Assembly: GCA_028874365.1 (NCBI GenBank)
Contig: JAPPJZ010000018.1
Coordinates: forward strand, 80,435-144,434
Length of the DNA stretch: 64,000 nucleotides
Reading direction: 5' to 3'
Source of the DNA: Chloroflexota bacterium
GTDB taxonomy: Bacteria; Chloroflexota; Dehalococcoidia; Bin125
Shown here: positions 14,929-22,857 of the stretch, piece by piece
Layout of the letters: every line of letters starts with the position of its first letter
How positions within the stretch are numbered: position 1 is the first letter of the stretch
Position numbers and translations under genes: made by a program
Notes under the pieces: generated by a model
What the model was told of the DNA's origin: nothing
The model's database searches: none
Seen by the model: only the letters and a program-made list of their open reading frames with translations

Positions 14929-15750
14929 ATGACGACCCAGACCATCGAGCGCTCGATCACCGCCTTCCTCGACGGTGAGGATTCGCTCTCGATTCCGAAC
15001 ATCATCCACTCGACGGAGGGAGCGGCCCAATTCGGCTTCCAGGGCGCGCTGGTCGGCGGGGTGACGGTCTACTCATGGGCAGTGCCGGCGCTGATCGATG
15101 GGCTGGGCGAGGACTGGTTGGACTCGGGCTGGATCGATTTCCGGCTGCGGCGTCCGACGTATCCGGGCGACGAGATCACGACTCGCGTGACTGCCACCGA
15201 TTCCGGCGTGGAGTTCACGATGGCCAAGGAGTCGGGTGAGGTGTGCATCGCCGGCACGGCGGGGATGGGCGAGGCCGAGTTCTACCAGGATCTCGCTGTG
15301 GCGCAGAACCGTGTGGTCGTGCCTGAGGCGGATCCTCCGACGATGCTGACGCGGGACAACCTGCCGGTCGGCGAGGATATGCCGGCGATGGCCGTGCCGA
15401 TGTCAATCGAGGATGCAGCGGAGTACGCGGACCAGTTCGCACGCGACCCGCATCCGCGCTGGCGCGGAGAGAACGCGCGGCTGCATCCAGGTTGGATTGC
15501 CGGGCGCTGCACTCGGCTGATTCGACACACCTACAACTACCGAGCCGGGATCCACGCGGGCAGCCAGATCCAGATGCTTGGGCCGATGCAGGCTGGGCAG
15601 ACGCTGGTCGTCTCGGGCCACATGACGGACGGGTATCGGCGCAAGTTGCACGAGTATTGCTTGCTCGACGTGACGATCAGCTCGGAGTCGGGTGAGGACC
15701 TGGCGCGCCTGCGTCACCGGACGATCTACCAGGTCGGCGGCGGCGACTAG
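14929..15750 (+). CDS. MaoC-like double hotdog-fold dehydratase/hydratase (tandem paralog)
   Basis: TIERSITAFLDGEDSLSIPNIIHSTEGAAQFGFQGALVGGVTVYSW... is about 60% identical to the preceding gene product. Confidence 0.65.
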   Translation: MTTQTIERSITAFLDGEDSLSIPNIIHSTEGAAQFGFQGALVGGVTVYSWAVPALIDGLGEDWLDSGWIDFRLRRPTYPGDEITTRVTATDSGVEFTMAKESGEVCIAGTAGMGEAEFYQDLAVAQNRVVVPEADPPTMLTRDNLPVGEDMPAMAVPMSIEDAAEYADQFARDPHPRWRGENARLHPGWIAGRCTRLIRHTYNYRAGIHAGSQIQMLGPMQAGQTLVVSGHMTDGYRRKLHEYCLLDVTISSESGEDLARLRHRTIYQVGGGD

Positions 15751-16334
15751 TACAGCCAGCGGCGCCAGACGATCCAGACGATGGCGAATAGGACAGCGAA
15801 GGCGCCGAGGATGTAGACGAGGAGGCGCACGGCGCTGACGAGCGGCTGGTGGTAGACGATTCGCACGGGCACCGGGGACATGTAGATCCATTCTTCGCTG
15901 CGCAGTTCGTCCAGCGTGACCGGCTCCTCGCGGGGGAAGCGGGTGCTGTTCCAGGTCTGGTTTGGCCGGACGGAGCGCAGGCCTAGCTTGACATCGCTGT
16001 CGGACAGGCTGCGCAGGGTGATCCTCACCTTGCTGGGCGCGTTGTCCCGATCGTTGGACAGCGTGATCGGTTCGGTGTAGAGGGAACGCGGACGGTCTCG
16101 CAGCGACAGGTCGAGGTCGGGCCCGTCGGCCTCGTAGAAGTACTCGACGCCGTTGTGGTCGGTCTCGAGTACGCCGAGTTCGGCGCGCTCTTGCTCAACG
16201 TGGCGCAAGGCGATCTGTACCTGGCTGACGCGTAACGGTTTATCGGCGCTGAAGGCCGAGATTCCGGCCGCGACAATGCCGCCGACGATCGCAATCATCA
16301 GCAAACGTGTCCAGTTGAATCCCGGGGCCTGCAT
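15747..16334 (-). CDS. membrane protein with N- and C-terminal TM helices, unknown function
   Basis: Hydrophobic N-terminus (LLMIAIVGGIVAAGISAF) and C-terminus (LLVYILGAFAVLFAIVWIVW). Confidence 0.45.
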   Translation of the reverse strand: MQAPGFNWTRLLMIAIVGGIVAAGISAFSADKPLRVSQVQIALRHVEQERAELGVLETDHNGVEYFYEADGPDLDLSLRDRPRSLYTEPITLSNDRDNAPSKVRITLRSLSDSDVKLGLRSVRPNQTWNSTRFPREEPVTLDELRSEEWIYMSPVPVRIVYHQPLVSAVRLLVYILGAFAVLFAIVWIVWRRWLY

Positions 16335-16414
16335 CTGGTCAGCGTATCGAGCGTTGGGCTGCGCGCTAGCTCTGAGCCGACTCGATCAGGCCGGCCCAAA
16401 CGTAGACTGTTCGC

Positions 16415-17806
16415 ATGGCACGAAGTATTGCGGCCTTCGAAACCTGGCGTCAGAACACATTTGCCGCGATGAGCGACGGCCACTTCCGCATCCTGTTCGT
16501 GGGCACGCTGTTCGCCACGTTCGCCTACATGATGATGTTCCTGGCGATGTCGGTGGTCTCGTACGACCTGTCGGGGACCAACACGGCGGTCGGCGTGATC
16601 GGCACGGGGGTTGGCATCTCGATGTTGCTGGCGCCGTTCGGCGGCGTGATCGCCGACCGGATGAACCGCAAATGGGTGATCGTCATCGGTCAGGGCGGCG
16701 GCGCGGCGATGCTGGCGATCACCGGCATCCTGCTCCTGCTGGGACAGATGACGCTGCCCTTGATGTTCGTCCTGATGCTGCTGCTGGGCTTCACCTTTGT
16801 GGTCATGGGACCGGCGCGGAACGCGTTCACGGCCGACCTGGTTGGTCCCAATCTAATCGGCAACGCGATCGTGCTGAGCCAGCTCTCACACACGATTGGA
16901 CAGCCGTTCTCTCCGTTCATCGCTGCCTTGCTGCTGGAGTCCGCCGCCGGATCGGGCGGTACCTATGTGGTGATGGGTGCGCTGGTCGCGGTCGGTGTGT
17001 TCACGGTGGCGGTGATGCCAAATCGGCGACGCCACGGCGACGCGCAGTCAGGCACCGAGGGGGCCGCCCAGCGGCGAGGCATACTCGCTGACATCGTTGA
17101 TGGTGGGCGATACGTCTGGAGACGCCGATCGCTGCGGCTGATGCTGCTGATGTTCGTCAGCACCGTCGTGATCGGATTCCTCTTCCGGATTCTGACGCCG
17201 GCATTCCTCGATCAGCATCTCGACCGTCCGACCACCGACATGGGCCAACTGTTCCTGGTCAACGGGATCGCGGCGGCGATCATCTCGTTCGTCGTCGCGG
17301 GGTTGGCCACGACGCGCTGGGCCTGGCCGATCACGCTCCTGCTGGTGGCGTCGCTGGGTGTTGGTTACCTCGTGCTGGCCGCCGCTCAGACGTTTGGCCA
17401 GGCCATGATCGGGATGGCGATTCTGGGACCCGGGCTGCAGGGACCGGTGATGATCCTGCAGGCGCGGATCATGATGAACACGGAGTCGGCTTACTACGGC
17501 CGGGTGATGGCGTTCACGATGATGGCGTGGGGCGTGCAGATGGTGTTCGCCGGACCGGCGGGGGTGCTCGCCGATGCGATCGGCGAGCGCGAGGTGTTCG
17601 CGATCATGGGCATTGCGGGATTCGCGGTGGCGGTGCTGGGAACGTTCGGTTGGCTGGCGATCCGCAAAGACGATCACCCCGTACTGCCGAGCGCGCCCGC
17701 GCCTGTGACAGCCAACGGCATTGGCGGCGAGACGAGTCCGATGATGCCTCCACCACCGATGCTGCGGCCGGTGGCATTGATGTCTGGGCAGAAGATCGAT
17801 CGCTGA
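16415..17806 (+). CDS. MFS transporter
   Basis: 12-TM pattern, MFS signature GGVIADRMNRK; 463 aa. Confidence 0.8.
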   Translation: MARSIAAFETWRQNTFAAMSDGHFRILFVGTLFATFAYMMMFLAMSVVSYDLSGTNTAVGVIGTGVGISMLLAPFGGVIADRMNRKWVIVIGQGGGAAMLAITGILLLLGQMTLPLMFVLMLLLGFTFVVMGPARNAFTADLVGPNLIGNAIVLSQLSHTIGQPFSPFIAALLLESAAGSGGTYVVMGALVAVGVFTVAVMPNRRRHGDAQSGTEGAAQRRGILADIVDGGRYVWRRRSLRLMLLMFVSTVVIGFLFRILTPAFLDQHLDRPTTDMGQLFLVNGIAAAIISFVVAGLATTRWAWPITLLLVASLGVGYLVLAAAQTFGQAMIGMAILGPGLQGPVMILQARIMMNTESAYYGRVMAFTMMAWGVQMVFAGPAGVLADAIGEREVFAIMGIAGFAVAVLGTFGWLAIRKDDHPVLPSAPAPVTANGIGGETSPMMPPPPMLRPVALMSGQKIDR

Positions 17807-17859
17807 ACGGGCGAGGCGTTGAACAGGCGACCTGCCTGGCCCAGTCGTAAACTTTTCGC

Positions 17860-19239
17860 ATGAGGCGAAGCATTTCGGGCTGGAAATCGAACACGTTCCT
17901 CGCCCTGGAGCATCCCCAGTTCCGCATCCTGTTCGGCGGCACGCTCTTCGCGATGCTCGCCTACATGATGATGTTCGTCGCCATGTCGGTCGTTGCCTAC
18001 GACCTCGGCGGGACGAACTCGGCCGTTGGACTGGTCTCGATGGGCACCGGCATTTCGATGCTGATCGGCTCCCCGTGGGGTGGCGTGATCGCCGACCGCG
18101 TGAACCGGAAACGCCTGATCATCCTGGGCCAGGGCTCTGGCGCTGTGATGCTCGCGTTGACCGGTGTGTTGCTCCTGCTGGACCTGGTCAACCTGCCGCT
18201 GATGTTCATCCTCACGCTGATTCTGGGGGCGACGTTCGTCTTCATGGGTCCGGCTCGGAACGCGTTCACCGCCGACATCGTCGGGCCTCGGCTGATCGGC
18301 AACGCTGTCTCGCTCAACATGCTGGCGCATAGCTGGGGCCAGCCGGTGGCGCCGATGATCGCTGCCGTGCTGCTCGAGTCCGCAGCGGGCGGCGGCGGCA
18401 CGTACGTCGTGATGGGCGTGCTGGTCTCGATCGGCGTGCTCTCGATGGTCGTGATGCCGAACACGGGCAAACCGCAGCAGAGCGAGCGCCGCAGTCCGAT
18501 GTCGGATCTGGTCGACGGCGTGCGCTACGTCACGCGGCGACCGCCGTTGCGCCTGATGCTGCTGCTGTTTACAGCCACGGTCGTGATCGGCTTCATGTTC
18601 CGCGTGCTGACGCCGGCGCTGCTGGAACAGCATCTCGACCGCGCCTCGACCGACATGGGGCTGATGATGACGGTCTTCGGCATCTCCAGCGCAGTCGTCG
18701 CAGTCGCAATTGCCGGATTGGCGACCACGCGCTGGGCCTGGCCGCTGACGTTCGTCCTGATGGCGGTGATGGGTCTCGGCTACCTGGTCATGTCGCAGGC
18801 GCAGAGCTACGGCGCGGCGGTCGCGTCGATGATCTTGCTCGGACCCGGCCTTCAGGGTCCAACGCTGCTGCTGCAGGCCAAGATCGTGATGACGACCGAG
18901 TCCGCCTACCTCGGCCGGGTGACTGCGTTCACGATGATGGCCTACGGCATCTCGTCGGTCGGCGGCGGGCCGGCCGGTGTGGTCGCGGATTGGCTGGGTG
19001 AGCGCGAGGTGCTCGCCGGCGTCGCCTTACTGACGTTTGTCGTGGTGGGCCTCGGGGTGCTGGGATGGCTGGCGATTCGCAAGCACGAGGCGGTGCTCCC
19101 GCGGATCCGGCTGACTCCGGAAACGGACATTAGAGGCGTACAGCGTGTTTCCAGCAGCGAGGCGTCGGCTCCGACGATGCCGCCGCCGCCAATGTTGCGG
19201 TCTGTGGCGCTGATGTCGGGGCAGAAGATCCGGAACTGA
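17860..19239 (+). CDS. MFS transporter (tandem paralog)
   Basis: Highly similar to the upstream MFS gene, including the C-terminal MPPPPMLRxVALMSGQKI tail. Confidence 0.8.
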   Translation: MRRSISGWKSNTFLALEHPQFRILFGGTLFAMLAYMMMFVAMSVVAYDLGGTNSAVGLVSMGTGISMLIGSPWGGVIADRVNRKRLIILGQGSGAVMLALTGVLLLLDLVNLPLMFILTLILGATFVFMGPARNAFTADIVGPRLIGNAVSLNMLAHSWGQPVAPMIAAVLLESAAGGGGTYVVMGVLVSIGVLSMVVMPNTGKPQQSERRSPMSDLVDGVRYVTRRPPLRLMLLLFTATVVIGFMFRVLTPALLEQHLDRASTDMGLMMTVFGISSAVVAVAIAGLATTRWAWPLTFVLMAVMGLGYLVMSQAQSYGAAVASMILLGPGLQGPTLLLQAKIVMTTESAYLGRVTAFTMMAYGISSVGGGPAGVVADWLGEREVLAGVALLTFVVVGLGVLGWLAIRKHEAVLPRIRLTPETDIRGVQRVSSSEASAPTMPPPPMLRSVALMSGQKIRN

Positions 19240-19261
19240 CGCCCAACAGAGCCACGGAGCG

Positions 19262-19282
19262 GGCAGCCACAAGGGCTGCCCC
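19262..19282. terminator. bidirectional terminator-like hairpin between convergent genes
   Basis: GGGCAGCC-acaag-GGCTGCCC perfect 8-bp stem between the MFS gene (+) and the amidase gene (-). No clear U-tract. Confidence 0.35.
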
Positions 19283-19330
19283 TACGAGTTCTCCTGTAGG
19301 GACGACCCATGTGGTTGCCGTCGCCCGTGC

Positions 19331-20032
19331 CTAGATCATCGGCGGGCCGTGCGTGTGACTCTCCAGCGCCACCAGCCGACGCTCCACCAGCCGAAGGCGG
19401 CTCTCGATGTCATCGGAAGCCAGCTCGCGCACGCGACCCAGCAGCGGGTGCCAGGGGAAATCGCGGCCGGGGTCTGACTTCTGCCTGGTCAGCTCGCTGT
19501 GGCCGACGTGGTGGGTTCGATCAATGGGGATCGCGTACTTGTCGCAGATGTAGGCGGACCATGCGGCGACGGTCTCGAACTGTCGGCTGCCCGGCGTGAA
19601 TGTCTCGCCGATCTCTCGGGCGTAGCCCTCGATTTCGATGGAGATCATGCAGGTGTTGTAGCTGACGTATTCGTCCCGCCACCAGGCTGGGCGCGGCTCG
19701 ATCCGGTCCTTGCGCCGCACGCCCTGGGCCCAGGCGAAATCCTGGTCGCGGACCATCTGGTAGAGGTCGCCATCGGAGTCGGCGTAGTAGTTGGTGCTCG
19801 CATTGGCGCGCGGATCCTCGAACCAGGCCGGCGTGACCTCGTTGTCGTCCCACGGTTCCTCGGGGGTGTGGTAGCAGATCGCGACGAAGCGCCGCTCGGC
19901 GCCCGAATACGGGCGCGAAGCGGCTGGGTAGTAGTTCGAGGGATGGGCCGGCCGCCAGATCGTGAGGGCGCCTGACGGCAAGCCCGCGATCCCATCCAGG
20001 TCCGGCGCAGGCTCAAGCGAAGTCGTCGTCAT
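19331..20032 (-). CDS. N-acetylmuramoyl-L-alanine amidase, Amidase_2 (T7 lysozyme/PGRP-type); endolysin-like
   Basis: VAICYHTPEEP, NYYADSDGDLYQMV, NTCMISIEIEG, FTPGSRQFETVAAWSAYICDKYAIPIDRTHHVGHSE align with the T7 lysozyme zinc-amidase core. 233 aa from MTTTSLEP. Confidence 0.8.
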   Translation of the reverse strand: MTTTSLEPAPDLDGIAGLPSGALTIWRPAHPSNYYPAASRPYSGAERRFVAICYHTPEEPWDDNEVTPAWFEDPRANASTNYYADSDGDLYQMVRDQDFAWAQGVRRKDRIEPRPAWWRDEYVSYNTCMISIEIEGYAREIGETFTPGSRQFETVAAWSAYICDKYAIPIDRTHHVGHSELTRQKSDPGRDFPWHPLLGRVRELASDDIESRLRLVERRLVALESHTHGPPMI

Positions 20033-20277
20033 TCCGAGCCTCCATTCTGCTGCTCGCGGCTGCGCAGCACGCCGTAGCCGGCGGCCACGGCTATGGCGAT
20101 CGAGCGCACCGCGTCCGACGCGGTGACACCTACCACGCCGGTCTCGAGGGCGGCCCAGACGCCGATCACGCCGAGCGCGATGATGGCGCGGACGCTGCCT
20201 CTCGGCAGCCACAGCGGCTCCGGCGCGGGCGCGTCTCCGGATCTCGGGGCTGTCAACAGCTCCGTTCGTCGTTCCAT
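20029..20277 (-). CDS. small TM protein, holin-like
   Basis: 82 aa with two hydrophobic segments (AIIALGVIGVWAALETGVVGV; IAIAVAAGYGVL). Its stop overlaps the amidase start (ATGA). Confidence 0.35.
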   Translation of the reverse strand: MERRTELLTAPRSGDAPAPEPLWLPRGSVRAIIALGVIGVWAALETGVVGVTASDAVRSIAIAVAAGYGVLRSREQQNGGSE

Positions 20278-20337
20278 TTCTGTCTCTCCGTTCTCTGAGT
20301 GCCGCCCCCGCTCGCAGGCGGGGACGGGCGAGAGGCC

Positions 20338-20550
20338 TCAGCCTCCGCGCACGATGAATGCCGAACCGAGGCCGATTGCGGCCAACAGCACCGTTCCGCC
20401 GCCGAGGGCGATGTAGAGCCGATCGATCCGGGCATCGATCTGGTCGAGCCCGTGTTCGATCCGCCTGAGGTACTGCCAGAGCGCGTCGGTCTGTCCGGCC
20501 GCCGGATCCGGCGGCCGCGGCCGCCGGTCCGTGACGCTGGGTCGTGACAT
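20338..20550 (-). CDS. small single-TM protein (holin/antiholin-like)
   Basis: 70 aa ending LYIALGGGTVLLAAIGLGSAFIVRGG. Confidence 0.3.
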   Translation of the reverse strand: MSRPSVTDRRPRPPDPAAGQTDALWQYLRRIEHGLDQIDARIDRLYIALGGGTVLLAAIGLGSAFIVRGG

Positions 20551-20552
20551 CG

Positions 20553-20903
20553 CTATTCGCCTCCTTCGATCTCGGCCTGTTCCGCGGGGAAGGCGCCGCG
20601 TCCGATGGCCTGCTCAAACCACTGTTCGGGCAACTCGTAGGGCGACTCCGCCTCGCGCCAGCCGATGGCGCGATGCTTGAGATACTTGCTCGCCGGCACC
20701 GGAAGCCAGCGCTCGTCCTCCGAGGTCGACTCTGCTTCCGTGCCCACGTCGTCGGGCTGGCGCATGAGGATGTCGTAGTCGTCGAGACCGCGGCCGTTCG
20801 CGCGAGCGTCGCGGTACTCACCGTGGCTGAGTAGCACAGGCCGTTCGCCGGGTTGCACCAGGCGCTGCGGCTGCTGTGTCGCCGATTCGTTGCTGTTGTT
20901 CAT
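20553..20903 (-). CDS. hypothetical protein
   Basis: 116 aa from MNNSNESATQQ with GGAG Shine-Dalgarno-like sequence upstream. The upstream Arg-rich extension in the ORF track is unlikely to be coding. Confidence 0.35.
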   Translation of the reverse strand: MNNSNESATQQPQRLVQPGERPVLLSHGEYRDARANGRGLDDYDILMRQPDDVGTEAESTSEDERWLPVPASKYLKHRAIGWREAESPYELPEQWFEQAIGRGAFPAEQAEIEGGE

Positions 20904-20938
20904 TCGAATGCTCCGTTTCTGCTGTGTGCTGGTTGCTG

Positions 20939-21256
20939 TCAACTCGGGCCGAGGCCGGCGTTGATATCGGTTTCGAGCCAGGGCCGGCCGTCGATCGCGA
21001 TCGACTCGTGGCTGAGCCCCTGCTCGGCGGCGGCGTCGAGCAACAGGCGTTCCGCTTCGCGAACGTCGTGGAAGCCGTTGCCGAGAAGCGCATGGTTGCG
21101 GCCGAGGTAGGGGCGACCGTGGCGGTCGCGCTTCGGCTCTCGCAAATGCGCGCGACGGGCGCGGAGGCCGCAGCCGATCCGCGGCGCCGCGAAGGTCCGG
21201 GACCGCAGCCCGGAGAAGTCGGCGGGCGACCAAAGGCCGCGGTGATCGAGCGGCAT
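20939..21256 (-). CDS. hypothetical protein
   Basis: 105 aa from ATG 21256, directly downstream of the capsid-like gene stop. Protein-like C-terminus DVREAERLLLDAAAEQGLSHESIAIDGRPW. Confidence 0.3.
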   Translation of the reverse strand: MPLDHRGLWSPADFSGLRSRTFAAPRIGCGLRARRAHLREPKRDRHGRPYLGRNHALLGNGFHDVREAERLLLDAAAEQGLSHESIAIDGRPWLETDINAGLGPS

Positions 21257-21258
21257 GG

Positions 21259-22140
21259 TTAGCCTCCGTCCGCGGTGATCTGGCAACCGTGGTGGTTGAA
21301 ACCGGCGATGCCGGCCTCGTAGTCGGCCAATGAGCGGATGGTCACCCCGGGCCATTCGGCTTCGTCGAAGAGCTTCATCTGCCAGTCCATCGAGCAGGCC
21401 CAGACGAGCGCCTCGGTGCCGAACATTGAGCAGATGTAGTCGCCGCTGCCGTCAACGGTCATGTAGCCGTCGACGAACACTGCGGTGCCCATCAGTGGGA
21501 TCTCGGAGACGTGGAAGCGGCGGATCAGCTGCTCGGAGACGCCGGCCGGGATCCAGTTGGCGCCGGAACCGACGCCGCCCGCGCCGAGATCCTCGAGTAC
21601 GTGCTCGGCAACGACCGGCGACAGCACGGTGACGACGTCGCCACGCGGCGGTCCGCCGTTGGAGCGAGCGACCGACTGGAGCGTGCGCCGCGCCTGCCGC
21701 AACTTGGCGAGGGTGAGCTTCTCGCCCGAGGCTCCGATGTCGTTGTCGGTGGACCAGTTGCCGAACTCGCCGGTCAGGTCGGTGTCGATGTCCTGTCCCT
21801 GCGAGAGCGCCATTTCGTCCGATACCAGACGGATCAGGTCTTCCTGGGAGTAGTTGATCGCGCGGACGTGGACGCGCACGTAGATGGCGCGAAAGGTCGG
21901 TGTGATCGTGTTGCTCGCCAGGGTCAAGCGCGAGGTCGTGCTCAACTCCTCGCTCTCGGTGGGCGTCTGCACGTTGGAGACGCTGGAGACCCGCGGGATC
22001 TGCGCGGTGCTCGAGCCCTTGGGCACGATGAGCTTGCGTGCGAGCGACAGCATCGGCGCGGACTGTGGCATTTGAGCGATGGTGCGCTCGACCATCGCGC
22101 CAAACGATGCCGAAATATTGGTCGAAAGAGTGTCAGCCAT
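21259..22140 (-). CDS. phage major capsid-like protein (tentative)
   Basis: 293 aa beginning MADTLSTNISASFGAMVERTIAQ. Composition and context (followed by small proteins, holin-like genes and endolysin) suggest a phage structural protein. No motif-level proof. Confidence 0.35.
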   Translation of the reverse strand: MADTLSTNISASFGAMVERTIAQMPQSAPMLSLARKLIVPKGSSTAQIPRVSSVSNVQTPTESEELSTTSRLTLASNTITPTFRAIYVRVHVRAINYSQEDLIRLVSDEMALSQGQDIDTDLTGEFGNWSTDNDIGASGEKLTLAKLRQARRTLQSVARSNGGPPRGDVVTVLSPVVAEHVLEDLGAGGVGSGANWIPAGVSEQLIRRFHVSEIPLMGTAVFVDGYMTVDGSGDYICSMFGTEALVWACSMDWQMKLFDEAEWPGVTIRSLADYEAGIAGFNHHGCQITADGG

Positions 22141-22206
22141 TCCTGGTTCCCTTCTTCACTTCTTCGTTCCCGCCAGTGCGGGATTCTCGATTCCCAGGCG
22201 TGAACG

Positions 22207-22650
22207 TCACGCCTCGGGATGCGCCGCGAGCCAGTCGGCGAACTGGGCGCGACGTTGCTGCATCTGTGATTGGTCGTCACTGCCGCGGATGTAGTCGGCC
22301 CAGTCCGTGACGGTGCCAGGCAACGCTGGCGGCGGGCCGCCTTGCAGGCCGGCGGTGGGACGCTGCCTGGTTGCGAGCGACAGCGATTCAGCCTCGCGGG
22401 CGAGCTCTTCGCGGACCGTGGCCTCGCGCTCGCGAGCCGCACGTTCGGCGATTAGATCGCGCCATGTATTGGCGACCTCGTCCGGCTGGTCCGCTGCCGA
22501 CAAGCGGTCGCGCTCCGTGTCGGAGAGTTCGCCGATCGCGTGCAGCATCGCCTCGCGCAGGGCGTTGCCGTCGGCGTCGTTCGACGCCCCGATCTCGCGG
22601 TCGGGCGGCGGCTCCGGCTCCTGCGTCGCGGTGAGTTGAGAATTGTCCAT
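22207..22650 (-). CDS. acidic hypothetical protein (scaffold-like?)
   Basis: Acidic, helical, E/R-rich (AERAAREREATVREELAREAE). Lies upstream of the capsid-like gene. Confidence 0.35.
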   Translation of the reverse strand: MDNSQLTATQEPEPPPDREIGASNDADGNALREAMLHAIGELSDTERDRLSAADQPDEVANTWRDLIAERAAREREATVREELAREAESLSLATRQRPTAGLQGGPPPALPGTVTDWADYIRGSDDQSQMQQRRAQFADWLAAHPEA

Positions 22651-22669
22651 ACGTGCCTCCAAACAAAAC

Positions 22670-22701
22670 GAGCGCCGACGAACAATGTCCGTTCGGCGCT
22701 C
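22670..22701. promoter_or_regulatory. stem-loop (9-bp perfect stem, 14-nt loop) in a divergent intergenic region
   Basis: GAGCGCCGA-cgaacaatgtccgt-TCGGCGCTC. Confidence 0.3.
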
Positions 22702-22857
22702 GGAGGCGCGCGGTCCGTGGCGTTGATATGTCGAATCTACGTGCTAGTCGGCAAGAACACAAGTTCTCGATATGTTGCGCCGAATACAGTTAGCGGATCG
22801 CATACCTGCATTAGGACGACGGCAGGAGGTCGCAGAGCCTGCCTATATCCTGTGCGA

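Noticed and set aside
21259-22140. The capsid-like gene as an encapsulin shell with the upstream acidic protein as cargo
   Set aside because: No recognisable encapsulin motifs or C-terminal targeting peptide. The downstream holin-like genes and endolysin favour a phage origin.
22540-22857. N-terminal 106-aa extension of the fused CoA-transferase ORF
   Set aside because: The sequence is not protein-like and runs through an intergenic hairpin. The canonical CoA-transferase N-terminus begins at ATG 22858.
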